In this document: piece by piece, positions 45,478 through 55,208 of the stretch | Numbering within the stretch: the stretch's first letter is position 1 | Layout: every line of letters begins with the position of its first letter | NCBI GenBank assembly: GCA_020845935.1 | Contig: JADLEV010000052.1 | Location: forward strand, 1 to 61,878 | Direction of reading: 5' to 3' | Length of the DNA: 61,878 bases | Source of the DNA: Gammaproteobacteria bacterium | GTDB taxonomy: Bacteria; Pseudomonadota; Gammaproteobacteria; Ga0077536 | Position numbers and translations under genes: made by a program | The notes under the pieces: model-generated | What the model saw: only the letters and a program-made list of their open reading frames with translations | What the model was told of the DNA's origin: nothing | Database searches by the model: none

Positions 45478-45645
45478 ATGGAGCCGGCAGTTTTCAACGG
45501 CGAACCCCGGCTCATCAGCAATCTCGAATTGCAGATGCTTGCGACCGCCTATGGCTCCTCAGTTGTTCCGCTGCCGGCGGCACTGCCGCTGTTGCTGAGT
45601 GGCCTTGGCGTACTCGGCCTGCTGCCTCGCCGCGTGCGGAACTGA
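45478..45645 (+). CDS. 55-aa ORF ending in a VPLPA-CTERM-type sorting signal (possibly the tail of a decayed gene)
   Basis: ...SSVVPLPAALPLLLSGLGVLGLLPRRVRN*: VPLPA motif, hydrophobic helix, Arg cluster. Too short for the ORF track. A 58-codon frame-2 ORF upstream (...VNVTFDDLGAGSTLAV...) ends in TGA overlapping this ATG. Confidence 0.4.
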   Translation: MEPAVFNGEPRLISNLELQMLATAYGSSVVPLPAALPLLLSGLGVLGLLPRRVRN

Positions 45646-45671
45646 CGGGGAAGCAGCAGCGTGCCGGGAAC

Positions 45672-46454
45672 CTAAGGATATAGCCTGCTCCGCAACGCCG
45701 GGTCCTGCCGGTAGAAGGCCCGAAGCTGTGCATAAACCTCCGGATACTCGTCGCGCACTTCCCGCGGACATTCGAAGAACGCCTCGGTGAATACCGCGAA
45801 GAATTCATCCGGTCCTTCGGCGGCGTAGGGATCGACCAGCGGTTCACGCCCGGCGTCGAGTTCCGCGCGCAGCGTGTCGAACGCGGTCCGAAACGCGCGC
45901 GTCCACGCCGCGGGATCCAGGTCGTGGTGCAGCGGTGGCATGCCATTGGCGTCACCGTTGCGCATGTCAATCTTGTGTGCCAGCTCGTGCAGGACGACGT
46001 TGTAGCCATCGAGTTCCAGCGAATCCTCGACATCGGCCAGTGACAGTATGACCGGTCCCTGTTGCCACGACTCACCGCTCAGGACCTTGTCCATGACATG
46101 GACGACGCCGGCCTCGTCGGCCACTTCGTGCCGGCTGCGGAATTCAGCGGGATAGACGATGACCTCGACGAAGCCGCCGTACCAGTCGCTGTCGAGCCCA
46201 AGGATCGGAACCGCCGCAAACCCGGCGATGAGTTCGCGCTGTTGATCGGTCACGACGGCGCCGCGCACGCCGTGAAAGGTCTTTTCGAACAGGAAGATCG
46301 ATGCGAGCTCGTGCAGTCGGTGCTGCTCCACGGGCTCGAAGGCATGCAGCAGAGGCACCGACGCACACAGCCGTTGCCAGCGTGGCGCCGGGATCGCGTG
46401 CGTGCGCAGGGCGCGGCGCCGTCTCCAGTTGCGTAGCCTGTCCAACATCGTCAA
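45672..46454 (-). CDS. mtfA: MtfA-family (peptidase M90) zinc metallopeptidase
   Basis: VVLHELAHKIDMRNGDANGMPPL HExxH context and overall MtfA-like layout. Confidence 0.75.
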   Translation of the reverse strand: MTMLDRLRNWRRRRALRTHAIPAPRWQRLCASVPLLHAFEPVEQHRLHELASIFLFEKTFHGVRGAVVTDQQRELIAGFAAVPILGLDSDWYGGFVEVIVYPAEFRSRHEVADEAGVVHVMDKVLSGESWQQGPVILSLADVEDSLELDGYNVVLHELAHKIDMRNGDANGMPPLHHDLDPAAWTRAFRTAFDTLRAELDAGREPLVDPYAAEGPDEFFAVFTEAFFECPREVRDEYPEVYAQLRAFYRQDPALRSRLYP

Positions 46455-46549
46455 TACCTGAATCCCGGATTGGCCTGCGGTTGCGGTAGCGGTCCCGCTT
46501 CTGGCATGCGCATCAGTGTTTTGGCTGCTTCCTTTATCATGGCCGTGCC

Positions 46550-46969
46550 ATGTTGACCATCACCCGCGACCTCGCCATCCCCGAGCACGAGATCGAACTC
46601 GAGGCGATCCGCGCCCAGGGCGCGGGCGGCCAGAACGTCAACAAGGTGTCGAGCGCCATTCACTTGCGCTTTGACATTCGTGCCTCGTCGCTGCCGCAGG
46701 CCTGCCAGGAACGGTTGCTGGCGCTGGCCGACCGGCGGATCACCGCGGACGGGGTCATCGTGATCAAGGCGCAACGATTCCGCAGTCAGGACAAGAACCG
46801 GACTGAGGCGCTCACCCGGCTTGCCGATCTGATCCGCAAGGCGCTGCATGTGCCGCGCCCGCGCCAGCCTACCGCACCGACCAAGGCCGCGCGGCAACGG
46901 CGGGTCGATGCCAAGACCCAACGCGGCAAGGTGAAATCGTTGCGCGGTCCGGTGCGGCGCGACGACTGA
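46550..46969 (+). CDS. arfB: Alternative ribosome-rescue factor ArfB (peptidyl-tRNA hydrolase, GGQ)
   Basis: GAGGQNVNKVSSAIHLRFD GGQ motif and a basic C-terminal tail. 139 aa. Confidence 0.85.
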   Translation: MLTITRDLAIPEHEIELEAIRAQGAGGQNVNKVSSAIHLRFDIRASSLPQACQERLLALADRRITADGVIVIKAQRFRSQDKNRTEALTRLADLIRKALHVPRPRQPTAPTKAARQRRVDAKTQRGKVKSLRGPVRRDD

Positions 46970-47025
46970 ACGGCGCGCACCAGGCGTCGCTGCACAGTGC
47001 GATCGGTGCCCGGTACAATGCCGCC

Positions 47026-49188
47026 ATGATGGCGAATCCTTTACTCGATCCACTCAATACCGCGCAGCACGCCGCGGTCACCGCGGATGCGCCGCAGGTG
47101 CTGGTGCTGGCGGGAGCCGGCAGCGGCAAGACCCGCGTTCTCGTGCATCGCATGGCCTGGTATATCGAAACCGGCCAGGCGACGCCACACTCGATTCTCG
47201 CCGTGACGTTCACCAACAAGGCGGCGGCAGAAATGCGCGGTCGCATCGAAGCGCTGCTTGAGCGGCCGATGCGGGGCATGTGGGTCGGCACGTTTCACGG
47301 CATCGCCCACCGGTTGCTGCGCGCGCACTGGCGCGAGGCGAAGCTGCCGGAGCAGTTTCAGATCCTCGACAGCGAGGATCAGTTGCGGCTGCTGAAACGC
47401 ACCATCCGCGATCTGCAACTCGATGAGGAGCAGTGGAGCGCGCGCGAGGCGCAGTGGTTCATCAATGCGCGCAAGGACGAAGGGCTGCGCCCGGAACATC
47501 TGGATGACCATGCCGACGCGTTGCTCGCGATTCGGATCCGGATCTACCGTGCCTATCAGGAGCAGTGCGAGCGCAGTGGCCTGGTCGATTTCGCCGAGCT
47601 GCTGTTGCGGGCCCATGAGCTCTGGCGCGACACGCCGGCCCTGCTGCGGCATTATCGCGAGCGCTTTCGGCATGTGCTGGTCGATGAGTTCCAGGATACC
47701 AATGCGATCCAGTACGCCTGGCTGCGGCTGCTGGTCGGTGACGACGGCAATCTGTTCGCAGTTGGCGACGATGATCAGTCGATCTACGGTTGGCGCGGCG
47801 CGCGCGTCGAGAACATGCAGCATCTGCACCGCGATTATCCGGGCCACGCGTTGTTGCGGCTGGAACAGAACTACCGCTCCACAGGAACGATCCTCGCCGC
47901 CGCCAATGCACTGATCGCGAACAACGACAACCGCCTCGGCAAGGAGCTCTGGACCAGCGGCGACAAGGGCGCGCGGCTCAATCTGTTCGCCGCGTTCAAC
48001 GAGCTCGAGGAGGCGCAGTATTGCGTCGAGCGCATCAAGGACGCCTATGGCCACGGCAGACGCTATGCCGATTGCGCGGTGCTGTATCGGGTCAGTGCCC
48101 AGTCCCGGGTGTTCGAAGATGCCTTGCGCCAGGCCGGAGTGCCGTATCGCGTGCACGGCGGCTTCCGCTTCTACGAGCGGGCTGAAATCAAGGATGCGAT
48201 GGCCTATCTGCGGCTCGCGGTACATCGCGGCGACGATGCCGCGTTCGAGCGCGTCTGCAATGTCCCGGTGCGCGGCATCGGTCAGCGCACGGTCGAACAG
48301 GTGCGCGCACGGGCAAGGGAATCCGGCAGCAATCTGTTTGCCGCCGCGCGAACCCTGGTTGAGCGACGCGAGTTGCCGGCACGGGCGCACGGCGCGCTCC
48401 AGGCATTCCTGTATCTGCTGGACACCCTGGAGGCGCGCGTGCTCGCCGCGCCGTTGGCCGCCGCGATGCAGGCGGTGATCGATGGCAGCGGTCTCATCGC
48501 GCACTATCAGAAGGAAAAAGGTGAACGCGGCGTCGATCGCATCGAGAACCTCAAGGAACTCGTGACCGCCGCCGGCGATTTCAAGCCCGACCCGGACAAC
48601 GACCTGCTGCCACTGCAGGCGTTCATTGCGCATGCGGCACTCGAAGCAGGCGAAGGACAGGCGGACGCCTTCGAGGACAGCGTGCAATTGATGACACTGC
48701 ATTCGGCGAAGGGGCTGGAGTTTCCCTGCGTGTTTCTCGTCGGCCTTGAAGAAGGGCTGTTCCCGCATCAGCGCAGCAGCGGTAATTTGGCAGAACTCGA
48801 AGAGGAGCGCCGCCTCTGCTATGTCGGCATCACGCGCGCGATGGAGCGGCTCTATCTGAGTCACGCCGAATGCCGGCGGCTGCACGGTACCGATCTCTAT
48901 CCGCAGCCCTCACGGTTTCTGCGCGAGATTCCGGCGGAACTGCTCGAACCGGTGCGCCGTGCCTTTACCGCCGCGCCACCCCGTCCCTATCGCGACACAG
49001 TGACGATCGAACCAGGCAACGAACCGGGCGGTTTGCGCCTTGGGCAGAGGGTGGTGCATCGGACCTTTGGAGAGGGCGTCGTGCTGCACCTTGAAGGCAG
49101 CGGCGAACACGCACGCGTGCAGGTCAACTTCGCGACCGGCGGCGCCAAATGGCTGATTGCCGCGTTTGCCGGTTTACAACCGAAGTAA
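47026..49188 (+). CDS. uvrD: DNA helicase II
   Basis: LVLAGAGSGKTRVLVHR Walker A, VDEFQDTN, LEQNYRST, TLHSAKGLEF and VGITRA helicase motifs. Confidence 0.9.
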   Translation: MMANPLLDPLNTAQHAAVTADAPQVLVLAGAGSGKTRVLVHRMAWYIETGQATPHSILAVTFTNKAAAEMRGRIEALLERPMRGMWVGTFHGIAHRLLRAHWREAKLPEQFQILDSEDQLRLLKRTIRDLQLDEEQWSAREAQWFINARKDEGLRPEHLDDHADALLAIRIRIYRAYQEQCERSGLVDFAELLLRAHELWRDTPALLRHYRERFRHVLVDEFQDTNAIQYAWLRLLVGDDGNLFAVGDDDQSIYGWRGARVENMQHLHRDYPGHALLRLEQNYRSTGTILAAANALIANNDNRLGKELWTSGDKGARLNLFAAFNELEEAQYCVERIKDAYGHGRRYADCAVLYRVSAQSRVFEDALRQAGVPYRVHGGFRFYERAEIKDAMAYLRLAVHRGDDAAFERVCNVPVRGIGQRTVEQVRARARESGSNLFAAARTLVERRELPARAHGALQAFLYLLDTLEARVLAAPLAAAMQAVIDGSGLIAHYQKEKGERGVDRIENLKELVTAAGDFKPDPDNDLLPLQAFIAHAALEAGEGQADAFEDSVQLMTLHSAKGLEFPCVFLVGLEEGLFPHQRSSGNLAELEEERRLCYVGITRAMERLYLSHAECRRLHGTDLYPQPSRFLREIPAELLEPVRRAFTAAPPRPYRDTVTIEPGNEPGGLRLGQRVVHRTFGEGVVLHLEGSGEHARVQVNFATGGAKWLIAAFAGLQPK

Positions 49189-49225
49189 AGACAGTCTCGC
49201 GCCGAAGGACGGCGAGATCTGCAGG

Positions 49226-49762
49226 CTAGATCCCGCCCTGATCCGGCAGGCGGCTGAGCATGTAGCGCACCGCCGCTTCCAGTTCGGCATCGGTCAGACT
49301 GGCCATGCCGCCACGCGGCAGCATCACCCCGTTTGGCCCGCTCACGCCTTCGATGACGCTATGCAGCAGCGCTTCCACGCCCTTTGGTGCACGCTCCGCC
49401 CAAGCCGCAGGGTCGCCAGTCTTCGGGGCTCCGGCAATGCCTTGCTCGTGGCAGGTGAAGCAGATCTTGCGATACTCAGCCTCCCCGGGGGCGGCGTCAG
49501 CGACCGGCACGGTTCGCTCGCCGGCATCGGTCGTGGTGGGAGCGGCGGAACTTGTCGCTGCGGCGGAGATCTTTTCGCCGCTCACGTTCACTTCCCCAAT
49601 CGGACGGATACGCTCTGCAATCTCTGCCTCGGTTTGCTGCGAGACGGCGTGGTCACGATAAATTTCGCTGGCGATGAACACGATGGCGATCGCCAGTATG
49701 ACGAGCGCCGACATCATGAAGTAAATGCCGCGAAAGAACGATTCGTCCTGCTTGCCGCTCAT
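49226..49762 (-). CDS. Membrane-anchored cytochrome c5-type monohaem cytochrome
   Basis: CFTCHEQGIAGAPKTGD haem motif. N-terminal TM helix. The internal ATG 49762 is preferred over the track start 49813. Confidence 0.7.
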   Translation of the reverse strand: MSGKQDESFFRGIYFMMSALVILAIAIVFIASEIYRDHAVSQQTEAEIAERIRPIGEVNVSGEKISAAATSSAAPTTTDAGERTVPVADAAPGEAEYRKICFTCHEQGIAGAPKTGDPAAWAERAPKGVEALLHSVIEGVSGPNGVMLPRGGMASLTDAELEAAVRYMLSRLPDQGGI

Positions 49763-49873
49763 GCTGGGTTCCCCGGAAATCGACTGGCTGGATGGCGCGG
49801 TAGTATAAGCCAATCGTGCGGTGTTACGGGCAAAGCACCAGCCACAGTGGCAGCCCGCTAACGAGAGAGAAGC

Positions 49874-49950
49874 TGGCGCGCCCGACAGGATTTGAACCTG
49901 TGACCCCTGCCTTCGGAGGGCAGTACTCTATCCAGCTGAGCTACGGGCGC
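49874..49950 (-). tRNA. tRNA-Arg (anticodon CCG)
   Basis: Manual fold of the reverse complement: acceptor GCGCCCG/CGGGCGC, anticodon stem CTGCC/GGCAG with loop CTCCGAA, T-arm ACAGG-TTCAAAT-CCTGT, encoded CCA. Confidence 0.9.
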
Positions 49951-50077
49951 GACGGTGGCCGGGACCGTGGAAAGAGTCCGCACCGGCGCTGCTAATAGTA
50001 GCGATCCAGGTCACGGACCGCCAGTGGATGATCAACGCAATTCTTTGCCGGCGATGATCCGCGGGTCGTTGAGACTG

Positions 50078-51853
50078 CTAGCCTGCGGCCGCGGTTTCGC
50101 TGCACTCGCGCTCGGTGAGGCACAGATTGCGGCCGCGGCGCTTGGCCAGAAACATTGCTTCGTCAGCCCGATCGAATACCTGCTGGATTGAGTCGCCTTC
50201 CTGGAACTCGGCAACCCCGCAAGACACGGTAATCGAAACCGGCATCGTCTTATAGTGGAACCGGCATTTGGCGATCATGGTGCGCAGTTTGTCGACTACG
50301 GCCTCGGCGTCGCGTAATCCCGTTTCTGGCAGGATCAACAGGAATTCCTCACCGCCAAACCGACTCAGGTGATCGCTCGCACGCAGATGTTCCTGCAGTC
50401 GTATGGCGATGGTCGTAAGCACCTTGTCGCCAGCGGCGTGGCCGTAGCTGTCGTTGATTTGCTTGAAGTTGTCGACATCTATTACCGCGAGCGACAGGCT
50501 GCCACCATGACGATGCCACCGCGCATAATCGGATTCGATACGCGCTTCATAGCCAAGGCGATTGGGGATTCCGGTCAGCACGTCAAGCATGGCGCGCTCA
50601 TGTTCCACCTCGAGGTCCGAGCGCAGGCGAGTGGTCGTGCTCTCAAGGTCGCGGATCTCGTTGGTCAGCGCGTCAAGCGCACCCTTTGCTTCAATGAACC
50701 GCTTGTCCTCCTGAGCCATGTAGGCGGAAAGACTGCTGTTGATCTGATTCAAACGATCGTCGATTCGTGATTTCAGCATCGCGATGTCGGTAACGCCGTC
50801 GATTCCAAGCCGGATTTCGACCAGATGCTGGCCGATCGTGCCGTTCAGAATTTTGCTGTCAGCCATGCTGCTGGTGTGCAGCGCGCGCGCAATCCCCACA
50901 TGGACGTCGATGTCATTGAGTCGGCGAACCAGTTGCTCGAGGAATCCGGTGAGTTGCCGTATCTCCGCTTGCAACTGCGCTTTCATGTATTCGATGAGGT
51001 CGACCAATGCGGACAATGCGGAACGCAGGTCGACAAGGGTACTGGCCGTTGTCAAGGTTTTCCGAATCCTTTCAGCGCGATCCCGTGCCGAATCCGGCAC
51101 AGACATGCGATCGAGCATCCCCAGCAAGAGATCCGTGAAGGCCGGCAACATCGAGTGGTCCGCTACCGCAACGACAGGTTGGGCGAAGGCGCCTTCCAAC
51201 ATTCGGGCCAGTTGCTCAACCAGGTTCAGGATTTCGGTCTGGCTCGACGCCTGCACGAACCGGTTCTGCAAGACCTTCAGTTGCGGCGCCAGAGCGCTCG
51301 GTGCGGTCAGGCTTTCGAAGAGGTGGCGAAAGTTCTCCTTTGCATCACCAGCGCTCGTGGCTTTTGCGCTGGTTTCGCCGATGCGATTGAGAAAACCCGC
51401 ACAATCTCGGATGAAGTCATCGATGGCCAAGTCGTCCAGAGCGCTTGCGCGGGTGCGCAGTTCGCGTAACTCTTCGGCCGACACAAGGGCGGGTTCCAAG
51501 CGGCCCAACAGGCGGAACATCGTGTCGCCGACCCGATTTGACTGGTTGGCGCTCGCCAGTGGGACGACACAGTTGATCGCTTCGTCAACGAGTTGGTTGA
51601 GTTCGTTGGTGCGTTGTTGGCCGCTGCGCACCAGATTGCCAAGCTTTTTCAGCCGGCTATCAATTTCCGGAGAGCGGCCGTGAAAGGCAAACAGCAAGCG
51701 AAGCAGGCCGCGCTGCAAACGAACAACGGCTTCCGACAGCTGTTGCTCGCGAACCTGTGCGACCGGCGCGCCGGACCGTAAAGCATCGCCCTTCGTCTGG
51801 TACATACCCAGTACTTCGAGACCTCTCGTTGACCGTTCAGCCTGGGCAGGCAA
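50078..51853 (-). CDS. Diguanylate cyclase (GGDEF) with a long helical N-terminal region
   Basis: C-terminal RFGGEEFLLILPE active site, with RASD as a possible RxxD I-site. About 400 aa of the N-terminus has no recognised domain. Confidence 0.8.
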   Translation of the reverse strand: MPAQAERSTRGLEVLGMYQTKGDALRSGAPVAQVREQQLSEAVVRLQRGLLRLLFAFHGRSPEIDSRLKKLGNLVRSGQQRTNELNQLVDEAINCVVPLASANQSNRVGDTMFRLLGRLEPALVSAEELRELRTRASALDDLAIDDFIRDCAGFLNRIGETSAKATSAGDAKENFRHLFESLTAPSALAPQLKVLQNRFVQASSQTEILNLVEQLARMLEGAFAQPVVAVADHSMLPAFTDLLLGMLDRMSVPDSARDRAERIRKTLTTASTLVDLRSALSALVDLIEYMKAQLQAEIRQLTGFLEQLVRRLNDIDVHVGIARALHTSSMADSKILNGTIGQHLVEIRLGIDGVTDIAMLKSRIDDRLNQINSSLSAYMAQEDKRFIEAKGALDALTNEIRDLESTTTRLRSDLEVEHERAMLDVLTGIPNRLGYEARIESDYARWHRHGGSLSLAVIDVDNFKQINDSYGHAAGDKVLTTIAIRLQEHLRASDHLSRFGGEEFLLILPETGLRDAEAVVDKLRTMIAKCRFHYKTMPVSITVSCGVAEFQEGDSIQQVFDRADEAMFLAKRRGRNLCLTERECSETAAAG

Positions 51854-51917
51854 TCGCGAACAGACCCGTCGCGCTAGAACGGATCCGGAGCAGCGCCGGA
51901 TTGTCGGCGGGATCGTC

Positions 51918-52568
51918 CTAGTGATTTATGGCTGGTGTATGGCCTCGCCCACGCTCATTAGCGACCAGTTCGTCGACGAGCTTTAACATGTCGATATAGG
52001 AGCCGGCCAATGAACCGGAGGTCCAGTATTTGCCGTTGACCACGATTGCAGGAGTACCGGAGACGTTATAGCGGCGCGAAAGCTGACGGGCACGGTTGAG
52101 CTTGCTGTCGATGTCAAAGGAAAGGAACACCTTGCGGAACGCTTCTTCGTCAACTCCGTTGTTGGCGAAGAACCTTGCCAGCGCCCCCTCGGTATTCAAC
52201 GGCTGATTGTCGCCGTGAATCGCGCGAAAAATCCGGGGATGCATGTCTCCTGCGACGCTGAGTTTTTCCGCGGTGAAAAAGGCCCGGGCATGCGCCTCCT
52301 GGTTCGAAGAGAACACGGCCGGCAGGCGGACGAATTCGATATCGTCAGCCTTGCTCTCCAGCCAACGTTCCAAATAGGGTTCGAAATTGGCGCAGTGCGA
52401 ACAGCCGTACCAGAACAGGTCCACCACCTCGATCCGGTCCGTGCGGCTGGTTGGTTGCGGCGGTGAAACTTCCATGTAGTGGGTGCCAAGCACAAATCGG
52501 CTTTGTGCCAACGATGTCCAGGAGACAATCGAGAGCAGTACCAGGATGCCACCGCGAAGGATTGTCAT
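51918..52568 (-). CDS. dsbA: Thiol:disulfide interchange protein DsbA
   Basis: Signal peptide and FWYGCSHCANFEP active site. Confidence 0.85.
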   Translation of the reverse strand: MTILRGGILVLLSIVSWTSLAQSRFVLGTHYMEVSPPQPTSRTDRIEVVDLFWYGCSHCANFEPYLERWLESKADDIEFVRLPAVFSSNQEAHARAFFTAEKLSVAGDMHPRIFRAIHGDNQPLNTEGALARFFANNGVDEEAFRKVFLSFDIDSKLNRARQLSRRYNVSGTPAIVVNGKYWTSGSLAGSYIDMLKLVDELVANERGRGHTPAINH

Positions 52569-52623
52569 GATCGGCTCCTTAGGGTCCGGTTCACACCAAT
52601 GGACCGCAACCGGACTTGGTTGT

Positions 52624-53220
52624 TCAGTGTAGCGCCGACATGTAGCGGGCGACGGATTCCATTTCCTCGACCGTCATACGTTGGGCGATAGTCTGCATTG
52701 TCTCGTTGCCGTCGGTCGTGCGGTTGCGATCGCGATAATCCCGCAGCTGTTTCACGACGTATTCAGCATTTTGGCCGCGCAATGCCGGGTAATACGCCAG
52801 GCCATTGCCTGAACCGTCGGGGCCATGACAAGCCATGCATGCCGGCACGCCGCTGGCCGGGTTACCACCTCGATAAATTGCAGCGCCGGCGGCCGCTTGC
52901 GAAACATCCATCGAATTGATCGCCGGTTGTGAGCTCGAGTAGTAGGCAGAAATCTCCTGCATGTCCGCGTCGCTCAGTGGCATGGCCATCGGAGTCATGC
53001 TTGGGTCCTGGCGTGCACCGCTCTTGAAGGCTGCCAGCTGCGCCGTAAGGTATTGAACGTGTTGGCCGGCGAGGTTTGGCCAAATTGGCGCAATACTGTT
53101 GCCATCGGCGCCGTGACAGGCGGGACATGGCGCGGCCTTGTCCTTGCCATCCTGCGCCGCAACGACGAAGGTCTGGCAGAGCAGCGCAAGCAGGCACAGC
53201 AAAAAAGACCGGCATGCCAT
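52624..53220 (-). CDS. Dihaem cytochrome c4
   Basis: Two CxxCH motifs (CPACHGADG; CMACHGPDG). Signal peptide from internal ATG 53220. Synteny with dsbA/engB. Confidence 0.8.
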   Translation of the reverse strand: MACRSFLLCLLALLCQTFVVAAQDGKDKAAPCPACHGADGNSIAPIWPNLAGQHVQYLTAQLAAFKSGARQDPSMTPMAMPLSDADMQEISAYYSSSQPAINSMDVSQAAAGAAIYRGGNPASGVPACMACHGPDGSGNGLAYYPALRGQNAEYVVKQLRDYRDRNRTTDGNETMQTIAQRMTVEEMESVARYMSALH

Positions 53221-53285
53221 TGGATATTCGCTCCCAAACGGAATAGAGCGCCTATTATAGCGAGCCAATCGATCAACTGAATGCC

Positions 53286-53921
53286 ATGTCACCAACCTTG
53301 CCGGTATCGGCTGCGTTTCCTCGTTTAGCCTACACGATCAGCGCCCACCAGCTGCAGCAATTGCCAGCGGAAAGCCTCGTGGAAATCGCGATTGCAGGCC
53401 GATCGAATGCCGGCAAATCCAGCGCCATCAACACTGTCTGCGGGCACCAGGGCTTGGCGAAAACCAGCAAGTTGCCGGGGCGTACACAGCAACTCGTGGC
53501 ATTCACTGCGGCTGATGGCCGGTCGCTGGTGGATCTGCCGGGTTACGGTTTTGCGCAGGTCACGAAGCAATTGCGCCAGCACTGGCAAGGGCTGATCGCC
53601 GGGTACCTGAAGCGGCGCCGCACGCTGGCAGGAATCGTCGTCGTGATGGATAGTCGGCGTCCCATGCTGGCACTCGATGTTGAATTCCTGGAGCAGTGCG
53701 CGGCGGCCGGGCGAAGAATTCATGTTTTGTTATCGAAGTCGGACAAACTGAGCCGCAGCGAGGCGAAGCTGACGTTGCGGCGTACCGAAAAAACACTGGA
53801 CGAACAATTCCGCGGGACAACGGTTCAGCTTTTTTCGAGCCTGTCCGGTGACGGCGTCGAACTGGCGCGGTCGATATTGCTTGAATGGTGGCAAGAAGGG
53901 GGGCCCCGGCTCGAAAAGTAA
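53286..53921 (+). CDS. engB: Ribosome biogenesis GTPase YihA/EngB
   Basis: GRSNAGKSSAIN G1 motif, DLPGYG G3, SKSDK G4. Confidence 0.9.
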   Translation: MSPTLPVSAAFPRLAYTISAHQLQQLPAESLVEIAIAGRSNAGKSSAINTVCGHQGLAKTSKLPGRTQQLVAFTAADGRSLVDLPGYGFAQVTKQLRQHWQGLIAGYLKRRRTLAGIVVVMDSRRPMLALDVEFLEQCAAAGRRIHVLLSKSDKLSRSEAKLTLRRTEKTLDEQFRGTTVQLFSSLSGDGVELARSILLEWWQEGGPRLEK

Positions 53922-54129
53922 GGGGGATTGCATGAGCCGGGGCCGTAACGTCACGCCCGTTTGGGGATAACGGACGGACAAGCCCGCGTTGGGAGGGATT
54001 GCGGGCACGTTCCTGAGAACGTACCAATGAGATTGGGTACGCCGCATTAAGTTCCGCGGCGCGAAAAAATTTCTTGGAATTAACTGCGCGGATGCCGCCG
54101 TGGCAGCGCCGCGTTTGTCGAAAATCCTG

Positions 54130-54333
54130 CTAGCGGCTGTACTTGCGGCGGAATTTGTCGACCCGGCCGGCGGTGTCGACGATCTTTTGCTGGCCCGTGT
54201 AATACGGATGACAGGAAGCACAGACGTCTACGTGAAGTTCCGGCTGGTTCAGCGTCGAGCCTGTCTTGAAGGAGTTGCCCCAGCTGCAGGTAACCGTGAT
54301 TTCTCGGTATTCGGGGTGGATATCGGGTTTCAT
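54130..54333 (-). CDS. rpmE: 50S ribosomal protein L31
   Basis: [12 protein letters not shown]... and HPYYTGQQK hallmark. Confidence 0.9.
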   Translation of the reverse strand: MKPDIHPEYREITVTCSWGNSFKTGSTLNQPELHVDVCASCHPYYTGQQKIVDTAGRVDKFRRKYSR

Positions 54334-54459
54334 CGTTTTCGCGCTGCGTCAATCGGAAAATCCGGGCCGCGAATTCTAAGGCAGGAGCCGAGCTCAAGCA
54401 ACCACATTGCGCCGCCGGCCTCTTGCGTGCCGCGCTTGCACCGTGGTGACCGGCGAAAA

Positions 54460-54472
54460 TATAGTGACTATA
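54460..54472. promoter_or_regulatory. Palindrome in the rpmE/bfr divergent spacer (operator candidate)
   Basis: TATAG-TGA-CTATA is a perfect 5+5 inverted repeat 38 nt upstream of the bfr ATG. Confidence 0.2.
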
Positions 54473-54509
54473 GGCTGAACAGGACCGGAGCAACCGGGGC
54501 GAGGGCATC

Positions 54510-54989
54510 ATGAAAGGCGATAAGAAGGTTATCGAGTACCTGAACAAGGTTCTCTACAACGAACTCGTAGCGATAAATCAGTATTTCCTGCATGCCCGGA
54601 TGTACCGGGACTGGGGGCTCGTCGAGCTGGATGAGCACGAATTCAAGGAGTCGGTCGACGAGATGAAGCACGCCGATCTCCTGGTACAACGGATACTTTT
54701 CCTCGAAGGACTGCCGAACCTTCAGGATCTGGGCCGGTTGCGGATTGGTGAAAATGCCACAGAAATGCTGACCTGCGACCTGCAATTGGAACTGGATGCA
54801 TTGCCGGTCCTGCGCGAGGGCGTCGCCCATTGCGAGTCAGTGGGCGACTTTGTTTCGAGGGATCTGCTGAAAGAGATATTGCGCAGCGAGGAAGAACACG
54901 TCGATTGGCTGGAAACCCAGCTTGAACTGATCTCGAAAGTTGGCACGGAGAACTACCTCCAGGCAAAAATGAGCCGCCAGCCAGCCTGA
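54510..54989 (+). CDS. bfr: Bacterioferritin
   Basis: [31 protein letters not shown]... hallmark N-terminus including the haem-ligand Met context. ~159 aa. Confidence 0.9.
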   Translation: MKGDKKVIEYLNKVLYNELVAINQYFLHARMYRDWGLVELDEHEFKESVDEMKHADLLVQRILFLEGLPNLQDLGRLRIGENATEMLTCDLQLELDALPVLREGVAHCESVGDFVSRDLLKEILRSEEEHVDWLETQLELISKVGTENYLQAKMSRQPA

Positions 54990-55193
54990 AGGGTTGGCAA
55001 AAAGCTCCACTGTCGTTGTCGGTTCAGACTAGAGGAGTCAGGTCGATTGCATGGACCGCATTGCGCCAGAGACTTTCGGCCAGAGACTTCCTGTGTTTTC
55101 CGTGGGGCGTGCCACGCTCGGCATGCGAATATTCTTTTTACTTGTGCAGAGCTTCCCTAAATGGCAGCCGCGCCCGTAGCGCTCTCCCATACT

Positions 55194-55208
55194 TGCGAAT
55201 AGTTCGCA
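55194..55208. promoter_or_regulatory. Palindrome upstream of bfd (operator candidate, possibly Fur-type)
   Basis: TGCGAA-TAG-TTCGCA is a perfect 6+6 inverted repeat 47 nt upstream of the bfd ATG. The half-site TGCGAATA recurs at 55124-55131. Confidence 0.25.

Noticed and set aside
49195-49217. Hairpin TCTCGC...GCGAGA between convergent uvrD and the cytochrome c5 gene, as a bidirectional terminator.
   Set aside because: Only a 6-bp stem with an 11-nt loop and no T/A runs. Too weak to list as a feature.
54007-54040. Two adjacent small hairpins (ACGTTC-CTGA-GAACGT and GTACCAA-TGAGA-TTGGGTAC) in the convergent engB/rpmE spacer, considered as terminators or a small RNA.
   Set aside because: Short stems, no U-tracts on either strand, and I cannot match them to any known RNA family. 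Insufficient evidence.
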